A stretch of 62,873 nucleotides of DNA, the filler included, from Chiloscyllium plagiosum (taxonomy: Eukaryota), in NCBI RefSeq assembly GCF_004010195.1. It is 4 parts of one record of this genome, joined end to end, with 100 filler letters (N's around TTAATTAATTAA, not from the genome) between each part and the next. Parts side by side here need not be neighbours in the genome. Positions count along the whole stretch, not along the records: positions 26,189 to 57,519 come from NC_057714.1; 3 more parts are not named here. One strand, 5' to 3'. The translations under genes and the position numbers were made by a program. The notes beneath the pieces are model-generated. The model did no database searches and had not been told where the DNA came from. It was given only the letters and a program-made list of their open reading frames with translations. This document shows, piece after piece, positions 35,686-46,997 of this stretch (position 1 is the stretch's first letter; each line of letters starts with the position of its first letter).

Positions 35686-36856
35686 ATGAATGGTCAGCTT
35701 TATGTTGTCACGATAATATTGGCGCTAGCTGCCAAGGGGGAGTGGGAAAAATCATTTTACCACTTTATGTCAGAATTATGTTAAACTAAAGGGGCATACC
35801 GACTGTTGGGTATGTGCTGAGATCCCACACAATGGGGAATCCAGAATTCCTCTCACGGTAATACCACTTACCAAAGAAGAAGTGTACGATGTACAACAAT
35901 TTGACTCGGGCTCAAATGATACAACTTGGAGATTTGAAAGGGGCAATTATAATTTTGCGGGATGGTTCCCTCGACCAGCCCCAAAAACTCTGGGTGCTAT
36001 CGATGGCCTTAGAGCTCCCCACCCACCCCCTCCCGAAAGGAGCAGTAAATACCACTTGTTTCTGTAATCAGAATGATACCGCAACCTTCTGATTAGGGAG
36101 ATCATCTTGTATCTACACCAGCCAAGCCACTGCCATGACCATTCCCCAAGTATTGAATGGGACATATTGGGTGGGTGGCTTAAAGGCCTACCCATTTATC
36201 CCCGACGAGAAGTACGTTTGGAGTGGCGGATGTAACATGAATGGGTGCTGGGACCATCCAATTCAGACACTACCTCAAAGCCAGAAAGGCTGGAGTGACT
36301 GCTGCTACCTTGCCTATATAATTCCCCACTTGAGGATGTTAAAGAGAGCTCCAAAAATACCTTGGAATAAACAGGGAGGAAGGCGAGTAACCCGGAAAGT
36401 AACCGAAGGAGATCGCCTCCTCTGGACTTTGGTACCTATGTATGGGACCGCTCGAGCAGGAGTAGAAATACAAAAGTTGGCGGCTTCCCTGGAAGAGTTG
36501 GCCAACAATACTGCTGATGCGTTGGCCGAAACCCAATCCCAGGTAGCAGCCATAACGACTGAAATTATTGCCTCTAGGCTAACGACCCTTCAGAGCAGGA
36601 TGGTTCTGGATTATATTCTGGCAGAGAAGGGTGGTACCTATGGGGGAATTGGGGATTGACTGGTTGGGGAAGGTGGTTAGTCAATCTAGCTATCTATGGA
36701 TTATTGATATTAATGGGTCTGGTGATAGGGTTCAATGTCCTAAAATGGGTAATGAGCCGACTGATGACATCCCTTGGGGAGGGGACCCAAATAAATCATC
36801 AGATGCTTTTACAATCAGGTGATATGCAACAAAGAGAAAGTAAAGAATGCTTTTAG
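35686..36856 (+). pseudogene. env: ERV env, gamma-type, frameshifted and internally deleted
   Basis: Signal peptide MNGQLYVVTIILALAAKG; DCWVC (CxxC); furin-like RVTR; ISD-like LQSRMVLDYILAEKGGT; TM helix WLVNLAIYGLLILMGLVIGF. Confidence 0.92.
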
Positions 36857-36981
36857 AGTTCGAGGGACGAACAACACAAATGTAAAATGTAAGATTGTGA
36901 ACCTCATCGCCAAAAGGCGTAAGAGGGCAGAACAGAAGAAAATGACTTAAAGGAGACGTAATAAGTGCAAAAACAACAGTT

Positions 36982-37003
36982 AGAGAAAAAGAAAAAGGGG
37001 GAA
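36982..37003 (+). promoter_or_regulatory. Polypurine tract
   Basis: AGAGAAAAAGAAAAAGGGGGAA immediately before the 3' LTR. Confidence 0.95.
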
Positions 37004-37004
37004 T

Positions 37005-37512
37005 TGTGGGAGATTAGAAATGTTATTTTTGCAGATGGGTGAGGGGGTGTAGTGTGGGGGGGGGAGGGGAAGGGGAACATTATACAAACTGTCGCGGAAT
37101 TCTTGTAGCATACTTAAGGCTAAGACTTTCATGAATATAGAGGGTCTTTTAAAGAAAATAGTTTTAAGCTAGGAAATAATTTTCATTTCACAATAAAGCT
37201 TATAGTGTGATAAGAGAAACTGGAATAAAGAACAAGCTGTAACAAACAAGGAACAAAGAATGCAGACAAGGAAAGCAGGATGGCCAGATAAGAAAATAAC
37301 TAACAAGTGAGGTAATTGACTTATGATAGGATGGGAAAAGGGAGGCGTGATTCCGCAACTTGTAAACTGAATAAGAATTCTTTACTGTGTTATTTTCGCG
37401 CGCATTTCTGTTTGATTACAGAAGCGTCCAGTTCTTGCGAGACTGTAATAAATTGTTTTTGTTTCCAAGGCTTTGTCTCCGGCTGATTGATTTGTGAGTT
37501 CTGTTTCTTACA
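37005..37512 (+). repeat. ERV 3' LTR (508 bp)
   Basis: TGTGGGAGA...TCTTACA; AATAAA at 37447-37452. Confidence 0.97.
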
Positions 37513-38123
37513 CAAACCAAATAAATCCCTTCTACCAACCAACTATTCCCAAATAAAGCAACATCCTAATGGTATGCTGTTCCAACAAATACAAGTCCCA
37601 CTCATATATGTACTAAAAAGAACTTAGTCTCTCAACATTATAGCTAGGTCACGTATCTTCCAGAATGTTCTATGCTTTCTTCATCAATTCTTCTGTCAGG
37701 TATATTTAGCAGTTGTGCCATTGGTACCATTGTTATTTAGATGGTCCTTTCTCTAAGACAGCGAGGAGGCTGAAAGAGCCAGCAATTCTCTCTTGAGAGC
37801 TAAGTGCCGTTAGCTCTGGCGGATGGCAGCTAGTTCTGGGGTCTTTGCTCAACTGCCCCTTCTTTTATATCCGTGATGACATGACAATATTTCTTACAAT
37901 AGGATTGGTTCTATGTTGTCAAAACAATCAGATTTAAATTTAATAGGTTTTTGGTATCTAAGTGCCTGGCTCAAACTCAAAAGCTTGTTGACTTGTTAAA
38001 AACTGCTGCCTGGCCTGCTAACTGTACAGCCTTTCGATACAAGTGTTTCAGTTTGGGCTCTCTGTGTACTTACAAACTTTCGAGTTGCTGCTCACAGACA
38101 TCCATTTTAAATCACTAAGCACA

Positions 38124-38390
38124 GAATCATAGAATCCCTACAGTGTGGAAACAGGTCCTTCAGCTCAACAAGTCCACACTGACTCTCCATAGAATAACCC
38201 ACCAAGACCCATTCCCCTCCCTTACTATCCTGCATTTACCCCCCGACTAATGCACCCAACCTCATCTTTTAAAAAGGACCCTGCAATGCTTTCCCCATTT
38301 TACAATTTTACAAGCGTGGCTCAGTGGTTAGCACTGCTGCCTCACAGCACCTGGGTCCCAGGTTTGATTCCAGCCTCGGGCAACTGTCTG
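38124..38390. mobile_element. HE1-type SINE fragments (tail, minus, 38124-38262; head, plus, 38311-38390)
   Basis: GTGTGGAAACAGGTCC...; GTGGCTCAGTGGTTAGCACTGCTGCCTCACAG. Confidence 0.8.
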
Positions 38391-38781
38391 TTATTAATCC
38401 AGAGACCCAGATCATGTTCTGGGTTTGAATCCCTCCATGGCAGACTGTGGAATTTGAATTCAATAACAAAAATCTGGAATTAAGGGGTGACAATGACATA
38501 TTGTTGATTTTCAGGAATTGATCTGGTTCATTACTGTCCTTTAGGGGCACTTCTTAGAGACATTAAGAAAATCTGACATCTTTATTTGGTCAGACTTACT
38601 GAAATGTGGTTGACTCTTCACTACCCTCTGGCCAATTAAGGATTGACAATACATGTGGACCAGCCATGCCTACATCCTGTGAATGAGTAGAGAATAAGCT
38701 TAGCATCATTGAAGTGTCCAAAATCAACATTCAGAGAGTTATTTTTAACCAGAAATTGAACTAGCCATATAAATATTGTGG

Positions 38782-39035
38782 AGAAAGTGAGGACTGCAGA
38801 TGCTGGAGAGTCAGAGTCAAAAAGTGTGGCGCTGGAAAAGCACAACAGGTCAGACAGCATCTGAGGAGCAGGAGAGTTGGTGTTTCAGGCATAAGTCCTT
38901 CATCACATGATCCTACTCAATCCCCTCCCTGTAATTCTGCATTTCCTGATGAAGGACTTGTGCTCGAAACATCAACTCTCCTGCTTCTCGAATGCTGTCC
39001 GACCTGCTGTGCTTCTCCAGTGCTGCAATTTTTGA
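38782..39035. mobile_element. Fold-back Penelope-like (family B) mini-insert with 16-bp TSD
   Basis: TSD CATATAAATATTGTGG (38766-38781) / CATATAAATACTGTGG (39036-39051); inverted arms; CTGATGA...GAAACATC at 38946. Confidence 0.88.
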
Positions 39036-39180
39036 CATATAAATACTGTGGCTGCACAAGCAGATGACAGGCTAGGAATCCTGCAGTGAGTAACTCATCT
39101 CCTGACTTTTCAAAGTCTGTCCACAAATTACAGGCATAAGTCAGGAATGCGATAGAATACTCCCCAACCTTCCTGGATAA

Positions 39181-39700
39181 CATAGAACATAGAACATAGA
39201 ACAATACAGCACAGAACAGGCCCTTCGGCCCACGATGTTGTGCCGAACATTTGTCCTAGCTTAAGCACCCATCCATGTACCTATCCAATTGCCGCTTAAA
39301 GGTCACCAAAGATTCTCACTCTACCACTCCCACAGGCAGCGCATACCATGCCCCCACCACTCTCTGGGTAAAGAACCCACCCCTGACATCTCCCCTATAC
39401 CTTCCACCCTTCACCTTAAATTTATGTCCCCTTGTAAAACTCTGTTGCACCCGGGGAAAACGTTTCTGACTGTCTACTCTATCTATTCCTCTGATTTCTT
39501 ACAAGCTCTATCCACCTGAGTGGCAACTTTCAAAGATCTATGAACATAGACCCCAAGATCCCTCTGTTCCTCCACCTCACTAAGAACCCTACCGTTAACC
39601 CTGTATTCCACATTCTTATTTGTCTTTCCAAAATGGACAACCTCACACTTGGCAGGGTTGAACTCCATCTGCCACTCCTCTGCCCAGCTCTGCATCATAT
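39181..39700 (-). mobile_element. CR1 3' fragment (internally deleted) with (CATAGAA)n tail
   Basis: WQMEFNPAKCEVVHFG; tail repeat at 39181-39202. Confidence 0.9.
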
Positions 39701-40189
39701 CAACCCTAAGAAGCTTGACATCATCCAGAGCAAAGCAACCTGCTTGATTGACACCTCATCCACCACCTTCAATATTCACTCCCACTACCACCAACACCCA
39801 GTGAAACTGGTGTATACCATCTACAATCTGGAGAAATTCACAGAATCTCATTAAATAGTGTTTTCCAGACCTGCAATCTTTGTAATTTAGAAGGGCAAGG
39901 GCAGCAGATAATGGAGAAAGTTCCCTTCCAAGCCAGGCACTGTACTGAGTTGGAAATGTATCATCATTTCTTCACTGTCTCTGGATTAAATCCTAGATCT
40001 CACTCCCTTACAGCACTGTGGGTGACTCCTCAGCAACCTAAGGACCGGAGCACTTGACTAAAGTCTTTTGAGGACAATTAGGGATGAGCATTAAATGCTG
40101 CCTAGTCAACAACACCAACATCCTGCAAACAAATTTTTAAAAAGTTGGAAATGTCACAAAGACTTGAATGGACTTCTGTGACGTATCCA

Positions 40190-40452
40190 TTATAGAATAG
40201 AATAGAATCCTTGTAGTGTGGAAGCAGGCCATTTGGTCCATCGGGGCCTTACAACCCCTCCGAAGAACATCCCACTCAGACCCACCACATTATTCTATCC
40301 TATCCTCTCCCTGTAACTCTGCATTTTCCATGGCTAACCCCACCTAGCCTGCACATCCCTGAACACTATGACGATTTAGCATGGCCAGTCCACCTAACCT
40401 GCACATGTTTGGTCTGTGAGGTGAAACTGGAGCACCTGCAAGAAACCTACAC
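40190..40452 (-). mobile_element. HE1-type SINE, 5' truncated
   Basis: ATAGAATAGAATAGAATCC...CACCTAACCTGCACATG. Confidence 0.8.
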
Positions 40453-41679
40453 ATTCTTTGGTTCTATAATCTATTAACTGAACAGGAGCAACTGCAATAT
40501 AGAAAGAGATGCTCTCATCTACACTGTAGGGTATTAAATCTTCCAACATTGTCAGCAGGACAGTAGCCATAACTAAGTTTGTGGATTTTAATCACATTGC
40601 TGTTGTTGAATAATTGTGAATGGTGCAGATGCAATATTTACATAGAAAGAATCATTTATCAGAAGAAGCTCACCATTATTAATGCAGTGGCATGGAAAAA
40701 CACATCCTTTTACAATAAAACATGTTTCATAAGACATGACTTGAATGGATGAAGACTGTCAGCAAATCCTCATTAATGTGCAATGGGCTTTGTGGCACAA
40801 TATATTGCAAAACTCAGAATGTGCAGCATTCTTTAAGTTAATTGGATCCCCTGGTACGAAGTGTTTTACTTGAAACCTCGAGCAGTTTTAAAGAATTTGT
40901 TTAAGTCTGTGTCCAAATATGGGCACATGTAAAATTAAAAACCTGAATGGCATATGGTAAATGAGCAATAAATTCACTCGTATTTTCAAAAGTAATGCAT
41001 AATAAATCTGTGAATAATCTTGGAGCAGAGGGTTAATTAATGCATGTTCAACAAAAATGCTGAAAAATCCAAAGCCTCTTGCTCTCCAGGCAGGCATGAA
41101 CCAGGAACTGCCAGGAGGATGATCTTATGAATTTCCCAGGAACTGCCACATGAAAGAGATGATATTGGAGAGCTGTAACAGATACATCTAGTAATTTTTC
41201 TTCCTGTGAAGTGATGTAACTTTCTTTTAGGTAAGGATTTCAAGGATATGAAGTAAATACAAATAAATGGAGTCAAGGTGCAAATTAGCCATGGTGAAAT
41301 TGGAATTTAAGAGGCTGAATTGTACATCTCTGCTTCTCTCTAATGAGGTACTATTGTAGAACTGTCCTTAATTGTAAAAAGTACAACACCTGCCATATCA
41401 TGACTGTGTGCTTTTCCCTTTCCTTTCCTAATGCTTAGGTGGGAAAAAGAAGCTATGAATTATCCCCAGATCGAAGTTTCCTGAAATCTCTGGAGATATC
41501 AGAGACCTGGCAGTGATCACAGGGTAACTGTTAGGACAATTTATATCATAAGTGACTTGATGATTACCTTGTGTTTTGTTTACAGACTTGCTGGCATCCC
41601 ATCGTCCTGCTCAGTAGTAGTCTTTTTGAATGTGATTATAGGGATTGTCTGGAACAGGAGGACACCATCAAGTGATCAA

Positions 41680-42067
41680 GTCTGTTCTGCCATCCATTGG
41701 CTCCAACTACATTTCTGGTTGCCATGAAAAGGCAGCCATCTTATCAAAGACCTCTCCCACCTCGGTTATAATCTCTTCTGACCTGTTCCGTCAGGAAAGA
41801 GATACAAAAGTTCAAACACACATACCAACAGGTTCAAGAACAGCTTCTTCCCCGCTGTTCTTAAACTGCTGAATAGACCTCTCAAATCTAATGTTGATCT
41901 TGGTTTGTAAACCTCCTTTGTCGCTGTAACCTTGTATGCCTCTGTTCAATCACCCTATGATCTGTATGTCTTTGTGTATTATGATCTGCTTGTACTGCAT
42001 GCAAAATAAAACTTTTCACTGTACTTAGGTACATATTACAACAATAAATCAAATCAAAATCAAATCA
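41680..42067 (+). mobile_element. Rex1/Babar-like LINE 3' end (further fragment at ~45010-45250)
   Basis: IKDLSHLGYNLF..FRQE/PSGKRYKS...NRFKNSFFP pattern; (AAATC)n tail. Confidence 0.7.
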
Positions 42068-42295
42068 ATGACATTGTTGCTGATTTGTATTTAATTCCAT
42101 ATGCGTGTCATTGGCTCCACTTCCCTTAATATATATGCATAACAAAATCTCTCCCTGTGTAAGAATTGATCTAGTATCCATTGACATTTGGGGAAGAGTA
42201 GTCGAAATTTCTAGCATCCATTTTGTAAAGAGATGCCTCCTAACTCCTATCTTGAAAGATTCTCCTCCTTATATTTTAAGGACAGGTTGATGAAA

Positions 42296-42336
42296 TAGTT
42301 ATAGTTATAGTTTTGGAGTTATAGTTATAGTTATAG
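42296..42336 (+). repeat. (GTTATA)n simple repeat
   Basis: Direct reading. Confidence 0.85.
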
Positions 42337-42364
42337 AGGTAAATGGATTACTTGCCTTTATTAC

Positions 42365-42835
42365 AGTCATAGAGTCATAGAGTTATACATCATGGAAACA
42401 AACCCTGCAGTCTAACTTGTCCATGCCAACCAGACATCCTAAAATGATACAGCCCCATTTGACAGCATTTGGCCCATATTCCTCCAAACCCTTCCTATTC
42501 ATATACCCATCCAGATGCCTTTTAATTGTTGTAATTGTACCAGCCTCCACCACTGCCTCTGGCAGCTCATTCCATATGTACACCACCCTCTGCATGATAA
42601 AATTGCCCTTGGGTCCCCTTTAAATCTTTCCCCTCTCACCTTAAACCTATGCCCTCTAGATTCGGACTCCCCCATGCTGGGGAAAAGACCTTGCATATTC
42701 ATCCTATTCATGCCCCTCATGATTTTATAAACCTCTATAAGGTCACCCCTCAGCCTCCGATGCTCCAGGTGAATACAGTCCCAGACTATTCAGCCTCTCC
42801 CTATAGTTCAAACCCTCCAAACCTGGCAACATCAT
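42365..42835 (-). mobile_element. CR1/HER1 3' end
   Basis: SRGHRFKVRG, WNELPE; (GTCATAGA)n tail. Confidence 0.92.
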
Positions 42836-43194
42836 TGAGTTTGAAAGCAGGAGGTTATACTTTTTTTTATTGATTCACTGGATGACGACACTGCTGGTTA
42901 GGCCAGCATTCATTACACCAGCTCAGAGGGCAGTTATGAGTCAACCACATTGCTGGACTAGGCCAAACTAGGGTTTTTTTTCTGACAATTGATAATGGTT
43001 TGATGGTAATCATTACATTTTTAATCCCAGATTTTTATTGAATTCAAATTCCACTATCTGCCATGGCAGGATTTGAATCCATGTCCCCAGAACATTACTT
43101 GAATCTCTGAATTAGCTGTCCAGCATTAATACCACTAGACCATCGTTGCCCCATGTTGGACCAGTGTAAAGCATTACTTGGGCCACAGCTATGG

Positions 43195-44135
43195 TAAGAC
43201 CATAACACATGGGAGCAGAATGAGGCCTTGGGGCCTATTGAGTTTGCTCTACCATTTGATCATGGCTGATATGTTTCCCAACCCCATTCTCCTGCCTTCT
43301 ACCCATAACTCGTAATCAAGAATGTATCTATTTCTGTCTTAAATACTCAATGACTTAGCCTCCACTGCTTCCTGTGACAATGAGTTAGAGTATTGTGAGC
43401 AGTTTTGAAATCCACATTGTAGAAGGGATGTGGTTGGAGAGTTTCAGGCCTAAAGAGAGGTTGGACAGATGGGGTTCCTTAGAGCAGAGGTTGAGAGGGG
43501 ATATGATTGAGATGGATAAAATTATAAGGGACAAAATTATAAGGTACGGTAGACAAAAAAAATGTAACCCTTAATGGAGGTGTCACTGACCAGGGGCATA
43601 GATTTACGGTAGGAATTATGAGGTTTAGAGGGGATGCAATGAACAGAGGGTGGTGTGAATCTGCAACTCACTGCTGGTCAGGGCAGTACAGGCAGAAATC
43701 CTCATAACAATGAAGAAGTTCTTGGGTTGTGCACTTAAGATGCAAAGCCATACGAGGATATAGGCCGAGCATTGAAAATGGGATTTGAATAATGAGATGG
43801 TTGTTCTTGACCAGCATGGATGTAAAAGGGTAAAAGGCCTTTTTCGAAGATTTTATGACCCTTAAACCCTAAATCTTAGAATGTGTTCCCCAGTTTTAGA
43901 CGGTAAACTAGATGGTAATAATCCTCCCTGTTCCCCTAAATGTCTTGAAAACTTTGATCTAATCACCCTTAACCTACAAACTTTATGGATGTCTATAATC
44001 ACTCCCCTTTGTGTAACCCTTGGAGCCCAGGCAGTACTTTAGTAAACCTACACTGCACTCAATCCAAGACCAAATATTCTTCCTAAGATGTGATGTCCCA
44101 GAAGTTATTTGCAATACCCTGGCTATGGTCTAACT
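43195..44135. mobile_element. Nested old CR1 fragments (minus 43195-43390 and 43870-44135; plus 43390-43860)
   Basis: CR1 tail CATGGCTGAT and degenerate RT C-terminal sequence. Confidence 0.7.
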
Positions 44136-44199
44136 TATGCTAAGACACTGAGATGGAATTATGTTTAAATGTACATAGGGTCCCTGCGTAATTATTCAC

Positions 44200-44375
44200 T
44201 GAATCCCTACAGTGTGGAAACAGGCCCTTCGACCCTACAAGTCCACACTGACCCTCCAAAGCGTATCCCACCCAAACTCATTCCCCATTACTCTACATTT
44301 ACCCCTAACCTACACACTCCTGAACACTATGGGTAATTTCACATGGCTAATTCACCCTAACCTACACATATTTAG
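44200..44375 (-). mobile_element. HE1-type SINE tail fragment
   Basis: CCCTACAGTGTGGAAACAGGCCCTTCG. Confidence 0.8.
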
Positions 44376-44676
44376 ATTACTCATAACAAAATGGAGAAAA
44401 TAAAGAGGACTCCACATTGTGAGCAGTAACTACATTAAAGAAAGCTGAAGTTCAGAAAATCTCTTGTTTTACTTGGTAGGAACGTGTAAGGACTTGAACA
44501 GTGAGAGAGGATTTGTGCTTTACCCATGGTAATTGCACAGCAAGGTATCATGGAAACAATGTGTTGGGGGTGATCGTGGAGTGAATGAGGGAGATTTGGA
44601 GGGGACATCATTTTGCACTACCCACACAGTAGGGCAGGGAAAGATATCGTTGATGGAGGCTGTAAGTAGTATAAAG

Positions 44677-44960
44677 TGTTATGACTCACCGGGGCAGCAC
44701 ACAGGAATTCAAACCCTACTGCTCCCTGAGTCATCACAAAAGTTAAAGACTTCATGAATGTGCACGTCCAAGGTACTTGTTTTTTCAACTCAGGTTAAAA
44801 GAAAGCAGTTATCAGGTTTTTGTACTTGATCAGTATTACTATTTATCACAAAAAAAAGGTTCTAGCGAAACAGAAAAACAATTATGAACCATCAACATGT
44901 AATTTTATAAGGGTGTAAGCTCTATAAAGGTTATAAAATCTTATAAAACTCTCGTTCGAA
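44677..44960 (-). repeat. Probable LTR 3' end fragment
   Basis: Minus strand ends ...GTCATAACA; lies downstream of the Gypsy RT remnant on the same strand. Confidence 0.4.
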
Positions 44961-45839
44961 ACACACACGCACACACGTACACACACACACACCACACACA
45001 CATATTCTGTTACCAATTTTTATAGATGCTCTATGAAAAGCATCCTATCGGGATGCATCACAGGTTTGTATGGCAACTGCTCTGCCCAAGACCACAAAAA
45101 ATATAGAGAGAGTTGTGATTGTAGTCCAGTCTATCACAGAAACTTCCACCCAGTGGCTCTGTCTATACTTCCTGTGGGAAACCAACTAATATAATCAAAA
45201 AGCCCTCCCACCCGGGTTTACTCTCTTCCACCCTCTTCCATTGGGCATCAGGAGGGATAATATTACCCGGATGCTTCATTCTCGGAGGTGGTCACACACT
45301 GTAGGACACAAGCTCTTCCAATGTACTCAGTCATCAGGAACAGTAGTATGTGACTGTGAGTAAGGCAGGCAAAGAAACCCAGAGAGGAGACATGTAAGAA
45401 CATCAGCTTTGAAATTGATAGGGCTTGCTCAGCTTGCCTGGATGACAGTGAGAGCTACAGGGTGGATGAGCTAACTGTCCATGGCACCAAGAAGCCATTC
45501 AAACAGAGGGAGTGTCATGGGGGTGGGTGGGGGGAGTGCAGTGTAAATGGAGACAGTGCAGCAGTCTCTACAGCAGACAGCACAAGTCTAGATAGCTGGT
45601 TTTTCTGCCCAGTGCCAAGGTTCAGGATATCTGTGGAAGAATTTGTAGTAGGAAGGGAAATCCAGAGATCGCAATCCACAACTGTACCAAGGACATAGGT
45701 AGAACAAGGAAAGGGTTCTTCCAGAGAAACTATGAGAAGTTTTGTGCTAAATTAAAAAGCAGAACCTCAAAGGGAGTGATCTCTGGGTCTCAGTAATTGT
45801 AAAGTTCCCCCCAAGTGCCTGTTCATAATGTTAACTTTT

Positions 45840-46990
45840 AAATGTCTTGTTCAGCAATGGGTACCTGCATAAACTCATGGGAAAAATTGGGTGGTATTTT
45901 ATATTTTCGAGAACTTGTCAAGCTTTCTCCATCTCGATAATAGACACGGACCCTCAGTCATTCATCTTTCATTCTCACAAGGACAATAGGCAAGGCATAC
46001 AGACTTGTCTCAGATGGCACCTTACTCCTAAGATTTCTGCAGGGAGCCCAAGACTTCTTCCCAGAGACACTGAGGAGAGTTCTGATGGTGAGAGTTCTGA
46101 TGGTAAGAAATCTTTCCTTCAGTCACAATCTTGTGTCACACCAGATTAAGTCATCACTTTTTACTGAAAGTGCTCCCATACTTAGTAGGAGTCAAGAAAC
46201 AAGTTGCCTCCTCTGGGTCTCCTCCAACTCACCAATGTCCATCTTTGAAATGAGGTTATAGATATCACTTCCAGTAAGGCTGCTGTCCGCTGCACTGGTA
46301 AGTTTAAGGACATCTAGGAACACACTCGGATATGAAGAAAACATCTTTATGACTGAATTTGGCAATCTGCTTGCACATCTACCCTTGTCCCCAACAGTGA
46401 AGGTGCAGTTCCCAATGTCACAGTAAGTGGGAGCTCTGTGATAGGTGATGCTCCAGCAAAGCCCAATGGAGTCAACTGCAATGAGACTTCAAGAACAGTG
46501 ATCATGCAGGCTCAAAGGAGAACATGCGAAAGTGAGGACTGCAGATGCTGGAGATTAGAGTTGAGAATGTGGTGCTCGAAAAGCACTGTGGGTCAGACAG
46601 CATCGGAGGAGCAGGAGAGATGACGTTTTGGGCAAAAGCCCTTCATTAGGAATGTGCCAGGGCTTATGCCCGAAACATCGACTCCTCTGCTTCTTGGATG
46701 CTGCCTGACCTGCTGTGCTTTTCCAGCACCGCATTCTTGACTCAAAGGAGAACAGCTCAATTCCCTACTACATGAACTATCATAGGGTCCTGTAAAGGGT
46801 GGTACACTTTGAGTGCACAGAGCATGGATCCCCAAATGCCCTCTGCCAACCCTTTATGTGCTGATCGGTCATCAGACTTGCTTCCCAAAGAGTACGGATA
46901 ATTCTTCACAAGATATAACGCCAACACCACAGTTATTCTCAGCTTTCTGACTTCCGCTGGAGAACTAAGTGAATTGTGAACTGCCAGCTG
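45840..46990 (-). pseudogene. Ty3/Gypsy pol remnant (RT N-terminal region)
   Basis: Minus strand 45934-45999 translates YALPIVLVRMKDE*LRVRVYYR (cf. YASPIVLVRKKDGSLRLCVDYR), and QVPIAEQDI at ~45843-45869. Confidence 0.72.
46525..46740. mobile_element. Fold-back Penelope-like (family B) mini-insert with perfect 14-bp TSD
   Basis: CTCAAAGGAGAACA at 46511-46524 and 46741-46754; two inverted ~85-nt arms. Confidence 0.9.
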
Positions 46991-46997
46991 ACCCAGG

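Larger units (their letters stand above)
31334..37512 (+). mobile_element. Endogenous retrovirus, class I (HERV-I-like), internally deleted provirus
   Basis: Two LTRs (TG...CA), TSD CAAAC at 31329-31333 and 37513-37517, PBS, gag-pro-int-env, PPT. Confidence 0.97.
30803..38115 (-). mobile_element. Probable solo LTR (minus strand) split by an HE1 SINE and by the ERV
   Basis: Minus-strand end ...TTTATAACA at 30803; minus-strand TATAAAAG at 37862-37869 with CCAAT at 37904-37908; sequence continues across the ERV TSD; right boundary uncertain. Confidence 0.45.
38700..40130 (+). mobile_element. LINE 3' region (second CR1/L2-group family) hosting nested inserts
   Basis: KLDIIQSKATCLI peptide; tail GGACAATTAGGGATGAGCATTAAATGCTG; same family at 6655-6820, 42860-43150 (-), 48760-48900 (-), 51030-51600 and 59900-61330. 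Confidence 0.65.

Noticed and set aside
36857..36981. Possible accessory gene between env and the 3' LTR
   Set aside because: Only 125 nt with no convincing ORF
41439..41523. Possible exon with good acceptor and GG|GTAACT donor
   Set aside because: Stops in all three frames; at most a non-coding exon and unsupported
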